A DNA stretch of 64,000 bases, from positions 64-64,063 of the forward strand of contig CAZAEL010000001.1 of assembly GCA_964484135.1 (NCBI GenBank), read 5' to 3'. Positions 46,950 to 56,357 of the stretch are shown here, one piece after another; position 1 is the stretch's first letter; every line of letters starts with the position of its first letter. Made by a program: the position numbers and the translations under genes. A model generated the notes under the pieces. That model saw only the letters and a program-made list of their open reading frames with translations, made no database searches and was not told the origin of the DNA. This DNA is from an uncultured Elusimicrobia bacterium. GTDB taxonomy: Bacteria; Elusimicrobiota; Elusimicrobia; FEN-1173.

Positions 46950-48929
46950 GTGGCCGACAAGGCATCCCTCCTGATCTTTGACCGGGACGGCGGGTCGGAC
47001 GCCGGGGTTTTTCCCGGCGCCGCCGACCTTTTCCCGTTGACCGGGGATTGGCGCCTGACGCGGCGGGTCCGGGACCGACGGGCCGGCGCGGTCCGGGAGG
47101 TCCTGGATTCGGCCCGCCTGGTGGAGGAGGAGGTGGACCGGGTGCGGGAGACGGTGGGCGGCTGGTCCGCGGAACTGGGCAACCTTCGGGCCGGGGGCAA
47201 GACCCTGAAGGAATGGTTCCTGACGCCGGACCGGGGCGTCAGCGCCTGGTGGTTTTCCCTGCTGTCGGAGAAAAACCCCCTGAAGACGGACGTCTTCTTG
47301 AAGCTCGCGCAACTGAGGGTCCTGGAAAAACTTTTCCAATCCGGGCGCTACGGATCCTGCGCCGGCGCGGTGGGCGATCCGGTTTTCCGCGCGGCGGTGT
47401 CTCGGTTGGCCCGGCGGGCCGGCGTGGGGTATCGCCTGCGGGCCGCGCGCCATCCCGGTTTTTCCTGGCGCGGCGCCCTGCGGGGCGGCCTGGAACGGGC
47501 CGGCCTTATCGGGGACCTGGTCCACGCCCTGCTCAAGCTGGCGGAATGGGTCTGGCTTGCGGCCCTGGCCCGCGGCCTGGGGCCGAAAGGCGCGGGCGCG
47601 GAAGGCGGGGAGGACTTGCTGGTGGTCACCTATTTCCCGGCCGTGGACCGAGAAGCCGCGGAACAGGGGCGGTTCCAGGACCTTTATTTCGGCCCCTTGC
47701 AGGAGCTCTGGCAAAAAGAGGGGCGGCGCGCCCATTGGATCCTCCTGTACGTGCCCTTTGACCGCCGGGCCTTCGTGGACGCCCTGGCCCTGGCCAAGCG
47801 TTTCTCCGTCAACGGCTGGAGCGTGACTTTCCTGCACCGGTTCCTGTCCGCCGGCATTTTGGCGCGGACGCTGTTGACGTGGGGCATCCAGGTTTTGAAC
47901 TATCTTAGGGTGCGGAGCGCCCTGGACCGGGCCTTCGCGGAGCCGGCCCTGGCCCCGCCGGAGGGCCGCGAGCTGTTGGCGCGCCTGGGACGGCGGTCCT
48001 TCGCGGGATGGGTGGGTTTGAGCGGCCTCCTGTACTTCGAGCTGTTCAAGGAGGTTTTCCGGCGTTTTCCCAAGGCGTCCCGTTGCCTGTACGTGGCGGA
48101 GATGCACGCCTGGGAAAAGGCGCTGAACGGGGCCAAGCGGTCGCGCCGGCCCGGCGTCGTCACCGTGGGGTTCCAGCACGCGGCCGTGTCTCGGAATGAG
48201 TTCCACTATTTCCACGCGCCGGAGGAGGCCCGGTCCGCGGGCGGCCCCCTGGACGCGCCGTTGCCGGACCGGCTGGCCTGCAACGGCGAAGTCCCCCGGT
48301 CGCTCCTGGCCCGGCAGGGGTACGCGGGTGTTCGGTCGGTGGAGGCGTTGCGCCACCTGGGCCTGGCGCGCGCGCTCAAAGGAGACGATTCGACGAAACG
48401 TCGTCCGCCCGTGGTGGTGGCGGCGGGGTCCATCGACCGGCGGGAGACCTTGGCGTTGTTGTCGCTGGTGACGGAGGCGCTGCCCCGGCCCGCCGGTTTC
48501 CAGGTCTGGCTCAAGGGGCATCCGTCCATGCCCGTCCAGCCCCTGCTGGCCGAGCTGGGGATCCCCTGGCCCGCCGCCGGTTTTGAGGTCCGCGACGAGC
48601 CCGTGGACCGGCTCCTGGCCGAGGCCCGGGCCGCGGTGGTGGGCGGCAGCAGCGTGGCCCTGGACGCCCTGGCCCTGGGATGCCGCGTGATCGTGCCCGT
48701 GTTTCCCGACGGGATTTCCGTCAATCCCTTGGGCGGGTTCGAGGACGCGTACCGCAAGGTGAGCACCCCCGCGGCCCTGAAAGAAGCGGTGGAGGAGGCC
48801 CTGGCCCGGCCCCCGGCGCCGGAGGAGATTCGGCGCGGCCGCGAACTGGCGGCTTCCTATTGGAACTTGGATGAATCCCTGCCCCTGTGGCGGGAGCTGA
48901 TGGGCCTTGCGCCCGCGGGAACGAGGTGA
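46950..48929 (+). CDS. Large hypothetical surface-carbohydrate biosynthesis protein (GT-B-like C-terminal half)
   Basis: The 659 aa product has no clear catalytic motif. Confidence 0.45.
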   Translation: MADKASLLIFDRDGGSDAGVFPGAADLFPLTGDWRLTRRVRDRRAGAVREVLDSARLVEEEVDRVRETVGGWSAELGNLRAGGKTLKEWFLTPDRGVSAWWFSLLSEKNPLKTDVFLKLAQLRVLEKLFQSGRYGSCAGAVGDPVFRAAVSRLARRAGVGYRLRAARHPGFSWRGALRGGLERAGLIGDLVHALLKLAEWVWLAALARGLGPKGAGAEGGEDLLVVTYFPAVDREAAEQGRFQDLYFGPLQELWQKEGRRAHWILLYVPFDRRAFVDALALAKRFSVNGWSVTFLHRFLSAGILARTLLTWGIQVLNYLRVRSALDRAFAEPALAPPEGRELLARLGRRSFAGWVGLSGLLYFELFKEVFRRFPKASRCLYVAEMHAWEKALNGAKRSRRPGVVTVGFQHAAVSRNEFHYFHAPEEARSAGGPLDAPLPDRLACNGEVPRSLLARQGYAGVRSVEALRHLGLARALKGDDSTKRRPPVVVAAGSIDRRETLALLSLVTEALPRPAGFQVWLKGHPSMPVQPLLAELGIPWPAAGFEVRDEPVDRLLAEARAAVVGGSSVALDALALGCRVIVPVFPDGISVNPLGGFEDAYRKVSTPAALKEAVEEALARPPAPEEIRRGRELAASYWNLDESLPLWRELMGLAPAGTR

Positions 48930-48931
48930 CC

Positions 48932-49864
48932 ATGGAACCGAAGACGAAATCAGAGGACAAGGCGGGCGCCGCAGGCGCGGCCCCGGCCTGCCAGATCTGC
49001 GGCAACCGCGACCCGAAGGCCTTCTCCTTCGTCACGGACAAGTTCCGGTACGAGGTCAAAAAATCCGCGTACAAGTGCGACGCCTGCGGCCTGGTGTTCA
49101 TCCTGCCCCTGATGAGCCCGGAGGAGGAGCGGATCTTCTACGAGCAGGAGTACGGCGTCATCTACAGCCAGGAAAAGGGGACCACGCCCAAGGATTTGTT
49201 CGAGAAGCGCCTGCCGGACGCCCGGCGGTACCTGAGCATGACGGAACGTTATCTCTCCGGGGACAACGACTGCCTGGAGATCGGCTGCGCGTCGGGGTAC
49301 TTCCTGCACACCATCCGCGACCGGGTGCGTTCCGTGGCCGGATACGAGACCCACGTGGAGCTGAAGAAATACTGCGAGGGCATCGGCATCCCCATCCTGC
49401 CCAGCCTGGAGGCCGCGGGCGAGGGCCGCTTCGACCGCATCTTCCTCTTCTTCGTGCTGGAGCATTTGGGGGACCCGCTGGGGTACCTGGCGCTCTTGAA
49501 GCGCATGCTGAGGCCGGGCGGCATCCTCTTCATCGAAGTGCCCAACGTGGACGACGCCCTGCTGTCCCTGTACCAGATCCCGGCGCTGAAGGACTTCTAC
49601 TTCACGCCCGCGCACCAGTTCTACTATTCCAAGGACACGCTGGGGCGGCTCCTGCGCAAGGCCGGCTTTGCCGATTTCGAGATCGAGCCGGAGCAGCGCT
49701 ACGACCTGTCGAACCACATGCATTGGATGCTGGCGGGCAAACCCGGCGGCCAGGGCAAGTACAGCCATGTGTTCACGCCCAAGCTCCTGGAGGCGTACGC
49801 CGAATGCCTCCGGGAGAAGTTCCTCTGCGACACGCTCTTTGCCGTCGTGAAAAAGGACAAATAG
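48932..49864 (+). CDS. Class I SAM methyltransferase with N-terminal Cys4 zinc ribbon (paralog of 30287..31276)
   Basis: The product has CQICGN...CDACG, LEIGCASGYF and FLFFVLEHLGDP motifs, giving the same architecture as the 30287 gene. Confidence 0.75.
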   Translation: MEPKTKSEDKAGAAGAAPACQICGNRDPKAFSFVTDKFRYEVKKSAYKCDACGLVFILPLMSPEEERIFYEQEYGVIYSQEKGTTPKDLFEKRLPDARRYLSMTERYLSGDNDCLEIGCASGYFLHTIRDRVRSVAGYETHVELKKYCEGIGIPILPSLEAAGEGRFDRIFLFFVLEHLGDPLGYLALLKRMLRPGGILFIEVPNVDDALLSLYQIPALKDFYFTPAHQFYYSKDTLGRLLRKAGFADFEIEPEQRYDLSNHMHWMLAGKPGGQGKYSHVFTPKLLEAYAECLREKFLCDTLFAVVKKDK

Positions 49865-49866
49865 AC

Positions 49867-50886
49867 ATGGCAAAGGCGGCCATCATCGGGTTCGGCGGCA
49901 TGGGACAGCGCCACCTCAAGGCGTACGAAAAGGCCGGGGTGGAGGTGGCGGCCGTCTGCGAATGGGACCCGGACAAAGTTTTTCAAGTCCTCCCGCGTTT
50001 CCCCAAGGACCGGGTGTACAAGGACCACCGGACGCTCCTGGAAAAAGAAAGCGTGGACATCCTGAGCGTGGTGTCCAACGGTCCCACGCACGCGGCCGTC
50101 TCCCTGGCCGCCATGGAGGCCGGGGTGCCGAGGGTGCTGTGCGAAAAGCCCGTGGCCACCAACTTGTCCGACGCCCAAAAGGTCATCCGGGCCTGTCAAA
50201 AGAAAAAGACGCGTTTGGCGGTGAACCACGTGCGGCGGTGGAGCCCCGGTTACGACGCCTTGCGCGCGCTCGTCGCCGGCGGGACCATCGGCCGGCTCAG
50301 GCACATCTATTTTCAAAGCGGCAGCACGGGGCTGGGCAACTTCGCGGTCCACGCTTTCGACACCATGCGCATGCTTTTCGGGTCGGAGCCGGATTGGGTC
50401 ATGGGCGTCCTGGACAAGACGGGCACGCCCAACCCCCGGGGGGCGCAATTCAAGGACCCGGCCGGGTACGGCGTGATCCATTTCCAAAACGGGGCCCGGG
50501 GCTTCGTGGACACCTCCGAAGACACGGGGGTGCAGTACCAGTACGTGCTGGCGGGGGAGTACGGCCGCGTGGTCATCGACGAACTGAACGACCGGTGGGA
50601 CGTCCGCGCCCGGGACCCGGAAGGGCGGACGCTGCCCTTCACCCGGTACGGGACGGCCATGGGGCCCGTGCCTTTCAAGACCCCCGCGCCCTTCGACCTG
50701 GTGGACCTCACCAGCCGGGCCATCCAAAACCTTTTGTCGGACGGGCCCGTGCGCTCCACGGCGGAGGACGGGTTCAAATCCTTGGAGCTGGTGGCGGCTT
50801 TTCATCTGTCCGACCGGAAAAAGGGCGGCCGCGTGGAGCTGCCGCTGGCTCGGAAACATTGGGACCTGGACATCCCCATCGGGTGA
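49867..50886 (+). CDS. Gfo/Idh/MocA-family NAD(P)-dependent oxidoreductase
   Basis: The product has an AIIGFGGMGQRH Rossmann motif and a Gfo/Idh/MocA C-terminal alpha/beta domain. Confidence 0.8.
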   Translation: MAKAAIIGFGGMGQRHLKAYEKAGVEVAAVCEWDPDKVFQVLPRFPKDRVYKDHRTLLEKESVDILSVVSNGPTHAAVSLAAMEAGVPRVLCEKPVATNLSDAQKVIRACQKKKTRLAVNHVRRWSPGYDALRALVAGGTIGRLRHIYFQSGSTGLGNFAVHAFDTMRMLFGSEPDWVMGVLDKTGTPNPRGAQFKDPAGYGVIHFQNGARGFVDTSEDTGVQYQYVLAGEYGRVVIDELNDRWDVRARDPEGRTLPFTRYGTAMGPVPFKTPAPFDLVDLTSRAIQNLLSDGPVRSTAEDGFKSLELVAAFHLSDRKKGGRVELPLARKHWDLDIPIG

Positions 50887-50893
50887 AGACGAC

Positions 50894-51946
50894 ATGGTGA
50901 AACCGCGCAAGGAACTGCTGAGAATATCCCGCACCCCCCTCGCGGAGTACGAGGGCCGTCCCGGCCTGCGCCTGGACAAGAACGAGAACCTGGCGCCGGA
51001 CCCGGCCCTGGTGCGGGAGGTGCTGGCCCGCACCCCGGCGCAATCCCTGGCGGATTACCCGGACTACGGCGCCTTCCTCAAGGTCCTGGCGCGGTGGATG
51101 CGTTGCCGGCCCGAGAACCTGCTCCTCACCGCCGGGTCCGACGGCGCCATCAAGCTGGTCTTTGAGGCGTACCTGGAGCCGGGCGACGAGTTCGTGACGC
51201 TGTCGCCCTCCTTCGCCATGTTCACGGTGTACGGCAAGCTCTTCGGCGGCCGGGCCGTGGAAGTCCCCTTCCACCGGGACCTGTCCGCGCCGCTGGAGCG
51301 GCTGCTCTCCGCCATCGGGCCCCGCACCAAGATCGTGGCCCTGGCCAGCCCCAACAACCCCACCGGCACCATGCTGGCGGAGGCGGATTTCCTGAAAGTT
51401 TTCCGGCGGGCCGCGCGCTTCGGCGCCCTGGTCCTGGTGGACGAGGCGTACTATTTCTTCACGCGCCGGACCATGCGGCCCCATGTTTTGCAGCACGACA
51501 ACGTGGTCCTGACCCGCACCTTTTCCAAGGCCTGCGGCCTGGCGTCCCTGCGCCTGGGCTTCGCCCTGGCCCGGCCCGAGCTCATCCGGGATTTAAGGAA
51601 GTGCCAGCCCATTTTCGACGTGAACGGCCTGGCGTTGCGCTGCGCGGAGCACGTGATCCGGCACGAGGGCCGGATCTGGCGGTACGCCGCCGAGGTGGAG
51701 AAGGGCAAGGCGTATCTGGAAAGGGTCCTGCCGGGCCTGGGCCTGGGGCTGGCGCGGGGGCACGGCAACTTCGTGCTCATCGACCTGAAGCGAAATCCGG
51801 AAGCCGTGGCGCGCCGCCTGCGGAAGCGGGGCGTGGCCGTGGGTTATGGTTATCCACATCCCGGCCTGGCCACCTGCCTCAAGGTGACTGTGGGGCCGGA
51901 AAAGGTGATGCGGTCATTTGTCCGCTTGCTGAGGGAGTGCCTGTGA
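50894..51946 (+). CDS. Class I/II PLP aminotransferase (HisC/CobD-like)
   Basis: The product has LDKNENLA and TFSKACGLASLRLG motifs. Confidence 0.8.
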   Translation: MVKPRKELLRISRTPLAEYEGRPGLRLDKNENLAPDPALVREVLARTPAQSLADYPDYGAFLKVLARWMRCRPENLLLTAGSDGAIKLVFEAYLEPGDEFVTLSPSFAMFTVYGKLFGGRAVEVPFHRDLSAPLERLLSAIGPRTKIVALASPNNPTGTMLAEADFLKVFRRAARFGALVLVDEAYYFFTRRTMRPHVLQHDNVVLTRTFSKACGLASLRLGFALARPELIRDLRKCQPIFDVNGLALRCAEHVIRHEGRIWRYAAEVEKGKAYLERVLPGLGLGLARGHGNFVLIDLKRNPEAVARRLRKRGVAVGYGYPHPGLATCLKVTVGPEKVMRSFVRLLRECL

Positions 51947-52893
51947 AAACCAAAAACGTCCTGGTGACGGGCGGGGCCGGGTTCATCGGCGGCCACCTGG
52001 CGCGACGTTGCCTGGCCGAGGGCCACCGCGTCTGGGTGGCGGACGATTTGTCCACGGGCCGGAAAGGCAACGTGCCGGGCGGCGCCAGGTTCCTGAAGCT
52101 GGACCTGGGGCAACAGGGGTTTTCCAAAAGGCTCCCGGGCGTCAAATTCGACGCGGTCCTGCATCTGGCGGCCCAGTCCTCCGGGGAAATCTCCGGCGAG
52201 GACCCGGCGCAAGATTTCCGGGTGAACCTGGCCGGGACCGTGGAGCTCCTCTCCTGGGCGTCGCGGAACGCCAAGCGGTTCCTGTACGCCAGCTCCATGG
52301 CCGCGTACGGCGACCCGCCCTCCCTGCCCGTGTCCGAGGACGCGCCCCTGGCGCCGCTGTCCGTGTACGGGCTCAACAAAAGCGTGTCCGAGGAGTACGT
52401 GCGCCGTTATAACCGCGCCGGCTTTGCCACCACGTCCTTCCGCATGTTCAGCGTGTACGGGCCCGGCCAGAACATGGCCAATTTGAAGCAGGGCATGATC
52501 AGCATCTACATGGCGTACGCGCTCCAAAAAAGACCGGTCCTGGTGAAAGGGTCCCTGGACCGGTTCCGCGACTTCGTGTACATCGACGACGCGGTGGACG
52601 CCTGGATGGCGGCCCTCGGGAGCCCGGCGGCGGGCGGCCGGGTGTACAACGTGGGGTCCGGACAAAGGACCACGGTGCGGGAGGCGGTGCGGGAGATCCT
52701 CAAGGCCCTGGGCGAGGACCCGGACCGATATCCCGTGGCCTCCGGCGCCCCCACGCCCGCGGACCAGTTCGGCGTGGTGGCGGACATCACCCGCATCCGG
52801 TCGGAGCTGGGCTGGCAACCCAAGATCGGTTTGTCCGAGGGGCTCCGCCGCATGGCGGACTGGGCCAGGAGCGCGGGGAAGGCCGGCCGATGA
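51943..52893 (+). CDS. NAD-dependent epimerase/dehydratase (extended SDR)
   Basis: The product has VTGGAGFIGGHL and a YxxxK motif. A GTG start overlaps the upstream stop. Confidence 0.8.
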   Translation: MKTKNVLVTGGAGFIGGHLARRCLAEGHRVWVADDLSTGRKGNVPGGARFLKLDLGQQGFSKRLPGVKFDAVLHLAAQSSGEISGEDPAQDFRVNLAGTVELLSWASRNAKRFLYASSMAAYGDPPSLPVSEDAPLAPLSVYGLNKSVSEEYVRRYNRAGFATTSFRMFSVYGPGQNMANLKQGMISIYMAYALQKRPVLVKGSLDRFRDFVYIDDAVDAWMAALGSPAAGGRVYNVGSGQRTTVREAVREILKALGEDPDRYPVASGAPTPADQFGVVADITRIRSELGWQPKIGLSEGLRRMADWARSAGKAGR

Positions 52894-53633
52894 CGGCGGC
52901 GGACGCCCAGCTCAAATCCGAACAGGCGGCCTGGGCCACGGAGGCCTGCCGCGACTACTACCGCGCCCATCGCCGGACGCCGGCGGATTTGTACCCGTCG
53001 GAACGGTTCTTCCTGCCCGAGGTCCTCGGCCGGGTCTCCACCTGCCTGGACGTGGGCTGCGCCCTGGGGCATTTTTCCCGCATCATGAAAAGTTTCAACC
53101 CGGCGCTGCAATACACGGGCATGGACGCGAACCCGGCTTTTGTCGCGGCGGCGCAGAGGGAACACCCGGATTCCCGGTTCCTGACGGGGAACGGCATGGA
53201 TTTCCGCACGCCGCCCGGCTCCTACGACCTGGTGCACCTGAGCGGCGTCCTGCACCTGACCTCCTTTTACCGGGAGATCACCGCGGCCTGCTACGCCCAG
53301 GCCCGGACGTACCTGCTCTGCGATTTCCGCCTGACGCGGGGCCCTTCCGTGACGGGACGCCTGAAGCCCCATGTCAGCGCCGACGACCCGGGGACGCCGG
53401 AGCTGCCCTACGTGGTGCTGAACGCGGAGGAATGGCTGGCCTGGCTGAAACGTCTTTCCCCGGCGCCGCGCTCCATCCGGGCCCGGGGCTATCCCCACCC
53501 GCCCTCGCCGGGGGCGCGGTTGAGCCTGAAGGACATCATCGCCGCCTTTTTTCTGATTGAAAAGGGGCCGGCCCGCGGCGAGACCGCGGTGGATGTGGAT
53601 TTCAATGCGTTGCCGAAGGAGACGGAATCATGA
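52890..53633 (+). CDS. Class I SAM-dependent methyltransferase
   Basis: The product has LDVGCALGHF and DLVHLSGVLH motifs. Confidence 0.65.
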   Translation: MTAADAQLKSEQAAWATEACRDYYRAHRRTPADLYPSERFFLPEVLGRVSTCLDVGCALGHFSRIMKSFNPALQYTGMDANPAFVAAAQREHPDSRFLTGNGMDFRTPPGSYDLVHLSGVLHLTSFYREITAACYAQARTYLLCDFRLTRGPSVTGRLKPHVSADDPGTPELPYVVLNAEEWLAWLKRLSPAPRSIRARGYPHPPSPGARLSLKDIIAAFFLIEKGPARGETAVDVDFNALPKETES

Positions 53634-55465
53634 CCATCTGCGCGCTCATGCTGGGCCGGGAGGGAAGCACCGGGTTTCCGGGCAAGAACACGTACCCGGT
53701 GCTGGGGCGGCCCCTCATGGCGTATCCTCTCCTGGCGGCCAAACACGCGCCCTCCGTGGCCGAGGTGTACGTGTCCACGGATTCGCCGCGCATCCAGGCC
53801 GTGGCCCAGGAGATGGGCGCCCGGACCATCGACCGGCCGCCGGAGCTGGCCACCAAGACCGCTTTGGGCGAGGACGCGTACGTGCACGGTTACGGCGTGA
53901 TCCGGGACCGGCTCAAGGCCCGGGGCGAGTCGCTGGAGCTGTTGGTGCTGCTGTTCTGCAACGCGCCCACGGTCACGGCCGCCCAGATCGAGGAGGCGGT
54001 CCGGGCGCTGCGGGACCACCCGGAGTACGACTCCGCGGTCACGGTGTCCCGGTACAACATGTGGAGCCCTTTGCGGGCCCGCCGCGTGGGGCCGGACGGC
54101 CTCCTCCATCCCTTCGTGCCCTTTGAGACCTTCGGCGACCCCGCCACCCTCAACTGCGACCGGGACTCCCAGGGCGACGTTTGGTTCGCGGACATGGGCC
54201 TGTCCGTGGTGCGGCCCCGTTGCCTGGAAAACCTGCGCGACGGCCTCCTGCCCCAGAAGTGGATGGGCCGGAAGATTTGGCCGATCCGGCAGGAGGGCGG
54301 GCTGGACGTGGATTACGACTGGCAGTTGCCCGCGGCGGAGGAGTGGCTGAGACGCCGCGGTTTTACGGAGGACGCCACCCCCTACGACCGGGCCGGGGCC
54401 GGCGCAAGAGGGGCGGGCGGGGACTGGCCCAGGCCCGCCTTCCGCACGCCGCCGGAGAAGCGCGTGCTGGTGACCACCGCGCCCTTCGGCGACCAGGACC
54501 CGAAACCCCTGGAGCTTTTGAAGGCCGCGGGCGCGGAGTTCGTGGTGAACCCCCTGGGCCGCCGCCTCACCGAAGAGGAGCTGGCCAAGGCGGCGGGGGA
54601 CTTCGGCGTGATCATCGCCGGGACGGAGCCCATCACACACCGGGTCATGGCCGCGGCCCCGCACCTGCGCCTCATCTCCCGGGTGGGCGTGGGCCTGGAC
54701 AGCGTGGATTTGAAGGCGGCGAAAGAACGGGGCATCCGGGTGTCGTACACGCCCGAGGCGCCGGCCCCGGCCGTGGCCGAACTGGCCGTGGGGCTCATGC
54801 TGGACCTGCTGCGGCACATCACCGAGGCGGACCGGTCCCTGCGGCGCGGAACCTGGCAACGGTTCCCCGGGCGGCGCCTGTCCGATTGCGCGGTGGGGAT
54901 CCTCGGCGCGGGACGCATCGGCCGGCGCGTGGCCGAGCATTTGGCCGGGGGCTTCCCCGGCGTCAAGCTTTTGGCCAACGACATCAAGCCCGACGAGTCC
55001 TTCGGCCGCAAACTGGGTCTGCGGTGGGTGGACAAGGAGACGCTGTACAAAGAGGCGGACGTGATCTCCCTGCATGTGCCTCTTACGCCTCAAACACGCG
55101 GACTGATCAACGCCCGGGCCCTGTCTTTGATGCGGCCCGGGGCGCTCCTCGTGAACACGGCCCGGGGCGGCATCGTGGACGAGGCGGCCCTGGCCGACGC
55201 GCTCCGCTCCCGTCGTCTGGCCGGCGCGGCCATGGACGTTTTCGACAAGGAGCCCTATGCCGGCGAGCTGGCCGGACTGGGCCGGTGCCTGCTCACCTGC
55301 CACATGGGCTCCATGGCCCAAGACTGCCGCGCCCGCATGGAGATCGAGGCCACGGAGGAGGCGGTGCGGTTTTTGAGGGGAGAGCCTTTGCGGACGTTGG
55401 TCCCCGAGGAAGAATACGCTTTGGCGGGAGAAAACGCCCGTATCTTGAAAGGAGAAAAGTCATGA
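53630..55465 (+). CDS. Bifunctional fusion: N-terminal acylneuraminate-type cytidylyltransferase plus C-terminal D-isomer-specific 2-hydroxyacid dehydrogenase
   Basis: The N-terminal domain (MLGREGSTGFPGKN) is joined by a linker to a 2-hydroxyacid dehydrogenase domain (GILGAGRIGRRVAE...VNTARGGIVDE) in one 611 aa ORF. Confidence 0.8.
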   Translation: MTICALMLGREGSTGFPGKNTYPVLGRPLMAYPLLAAKHAPSVAEVYVSTDSPRIQAVAQEMGARTIDRPPELATKTALGEDAYVHGYGVIRDRLKARGESLELLVLLFCNAPTVTAAQIEEAVRALRDHPEYDSAVTVSRYNMWSPLRARRVGPDGLLHPFVPFETFGDPATLNCDRDSQGDVWFADMGLSVVRPRCLENLRDGLLPQKWMGRKIWPIRQEGGLDVDYDWQLPAAEEWLRRRGFTEDATPYDRAGAGARGAGGDWPRPAFRTPPEKRVLVTTAPFGDQDPKPLELLKAAGAEFVVNPLGRRLTEEELAKAAGDFGVIIAGTEPITHRVMAAAPHLRLISRVGVGLDSVDLKAAKERGIRVSYTPEAPAPAVAELAVGLMLDLLRHITEADRSLRRGTWQRFPGRRLSDCAVGILGAGRIGRRVAEHLAGGFPGVKLLANDIKPDESFGRKLGLRWVDKETLYKEADVISLHVPLTPQTRGLINARALSLMRPGALLVNTARGGIVDEAALADALRSRRLAGAAMDVFDKEPYAGELAGLGRCLLTCHMGSMAQDCRARMEIEATEEAVRFLRGEPLRTLVPEEEYALAGENARILKGEKS

Positions 55466-56355
55466 AAGTCGTCGTGTTCGGCGGTTCCGGATTTTTGGGA
55501 AGCCACGTGGCCGACGCCCTGACCGAGGCGGGCCACAGCGTCACCATCTACGACCTGCGGCCTTCTCCCTATTTGCGGAAGGGGCAGGACATGGTCGTCG
55601 GCGACATCCTGGACGCCCCCGCGGTGCGCCGCGTGATGAAGGGCCGGGACGCGGCGTACAACTTCGCGGGGTTCGCGGACATCGAGGCGGCCCGCACCCA
55701 GCCCCTGGAGACCATCCGCCTGAACATCCTGGGGAACGGCGTCCTGCTGGAGGAGGCCGCCCGCGCCAGGCTCAAGCGGTTCATCTTCGCCAGCACGGTG
55801 TACGTGTACAGCGAGGCCGGCTCCTTCTACCGCGCCTCGAAGCAGGCCTGCGAGGCGTACATCGAGAGCTACCGGCAGGTCTACGGCCTGCCCTACACCA
55901 TCCTGCGCTTCGGGTCCTTGTACGGCCCCCGGGCGGACGAGCGGAACGGCATCTTCACCTTCCTGAAGAACGCGGTGGAGAAGAAGAAGATCGTGTATTG
56001 GGGCACGGGGGAGGAAATCCGGGAGTACGTCCACGTCAAGGACGCGGCCCTCTGCAGCGTGGACGTCCTGGACAAGTCCTTCCAGGACGCCTGCGTGATC
56101 GTCACCGGCAACCAGCCCATGAAGGTGCGGGACCTTTTGACCATGATCCGGGAGGTCCTGCGCGGCCAGGTGGAGGTCCGGTACAAGCCCGGGTCCCGGC
56201 CCGCGGTGGGGGACCTCCATTACGCGATCACGCCCTATTCCTTCGTGCCCAAGGAGGGCAAGAAACTGGTCCGCACCCATTACACGGACCTGGGCCAGGG
56301 CCTGCTCACGGTCTTGGCGGAGATCCACGCGGCGCAGGGGAGCCGGAGGGGCTGA
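55462..56355 (+). CDS. NAD-dependent epimerase/dehydratase (SDR)
   Basis: The product has VFGGSGFLGSHV and YRASK motifs. The ATG at 55462 follows AAAGGAGAAAAG. Confidence 0.85.
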   Translation: MKVVVFGGSGFLGSHVADALTEAGHSVTIYDLRPSPYLRKGQDMVVGDILDAPAVRRVMKGRDAAYNFAGFADIEAARTQPLETIRLNILGNGVLLEEAARARLKRFIFASTVYVYSEAGSFYRASKQACEAYIESYRQVYGLPYTILRFGSLYGPRADERNGIFTFLKNAVEKKKIVYWGTGEEIREYVHVKDAALCSVDVLDKSFQDACVIVTGNQPMKVRDLLTMIREVLRGQVEVRYKPGSRPAVGDLHYAITPYSFVPKEGKKLVRTHYTDLGQGLLTVLAEIHAAQGSRRG

Positions 56356-56357
56356 CC

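Noticed and set aside
46035-48521. 828-aa minus-strand ORF antisense to the methyltransferase and the large hypothetical gene.
   Set aside because: Its product is low-complexity Pro/Gly/Arg/Gln-rich with no domain signature. The cluster is otherwise strictly co-directional with coupled junctions.
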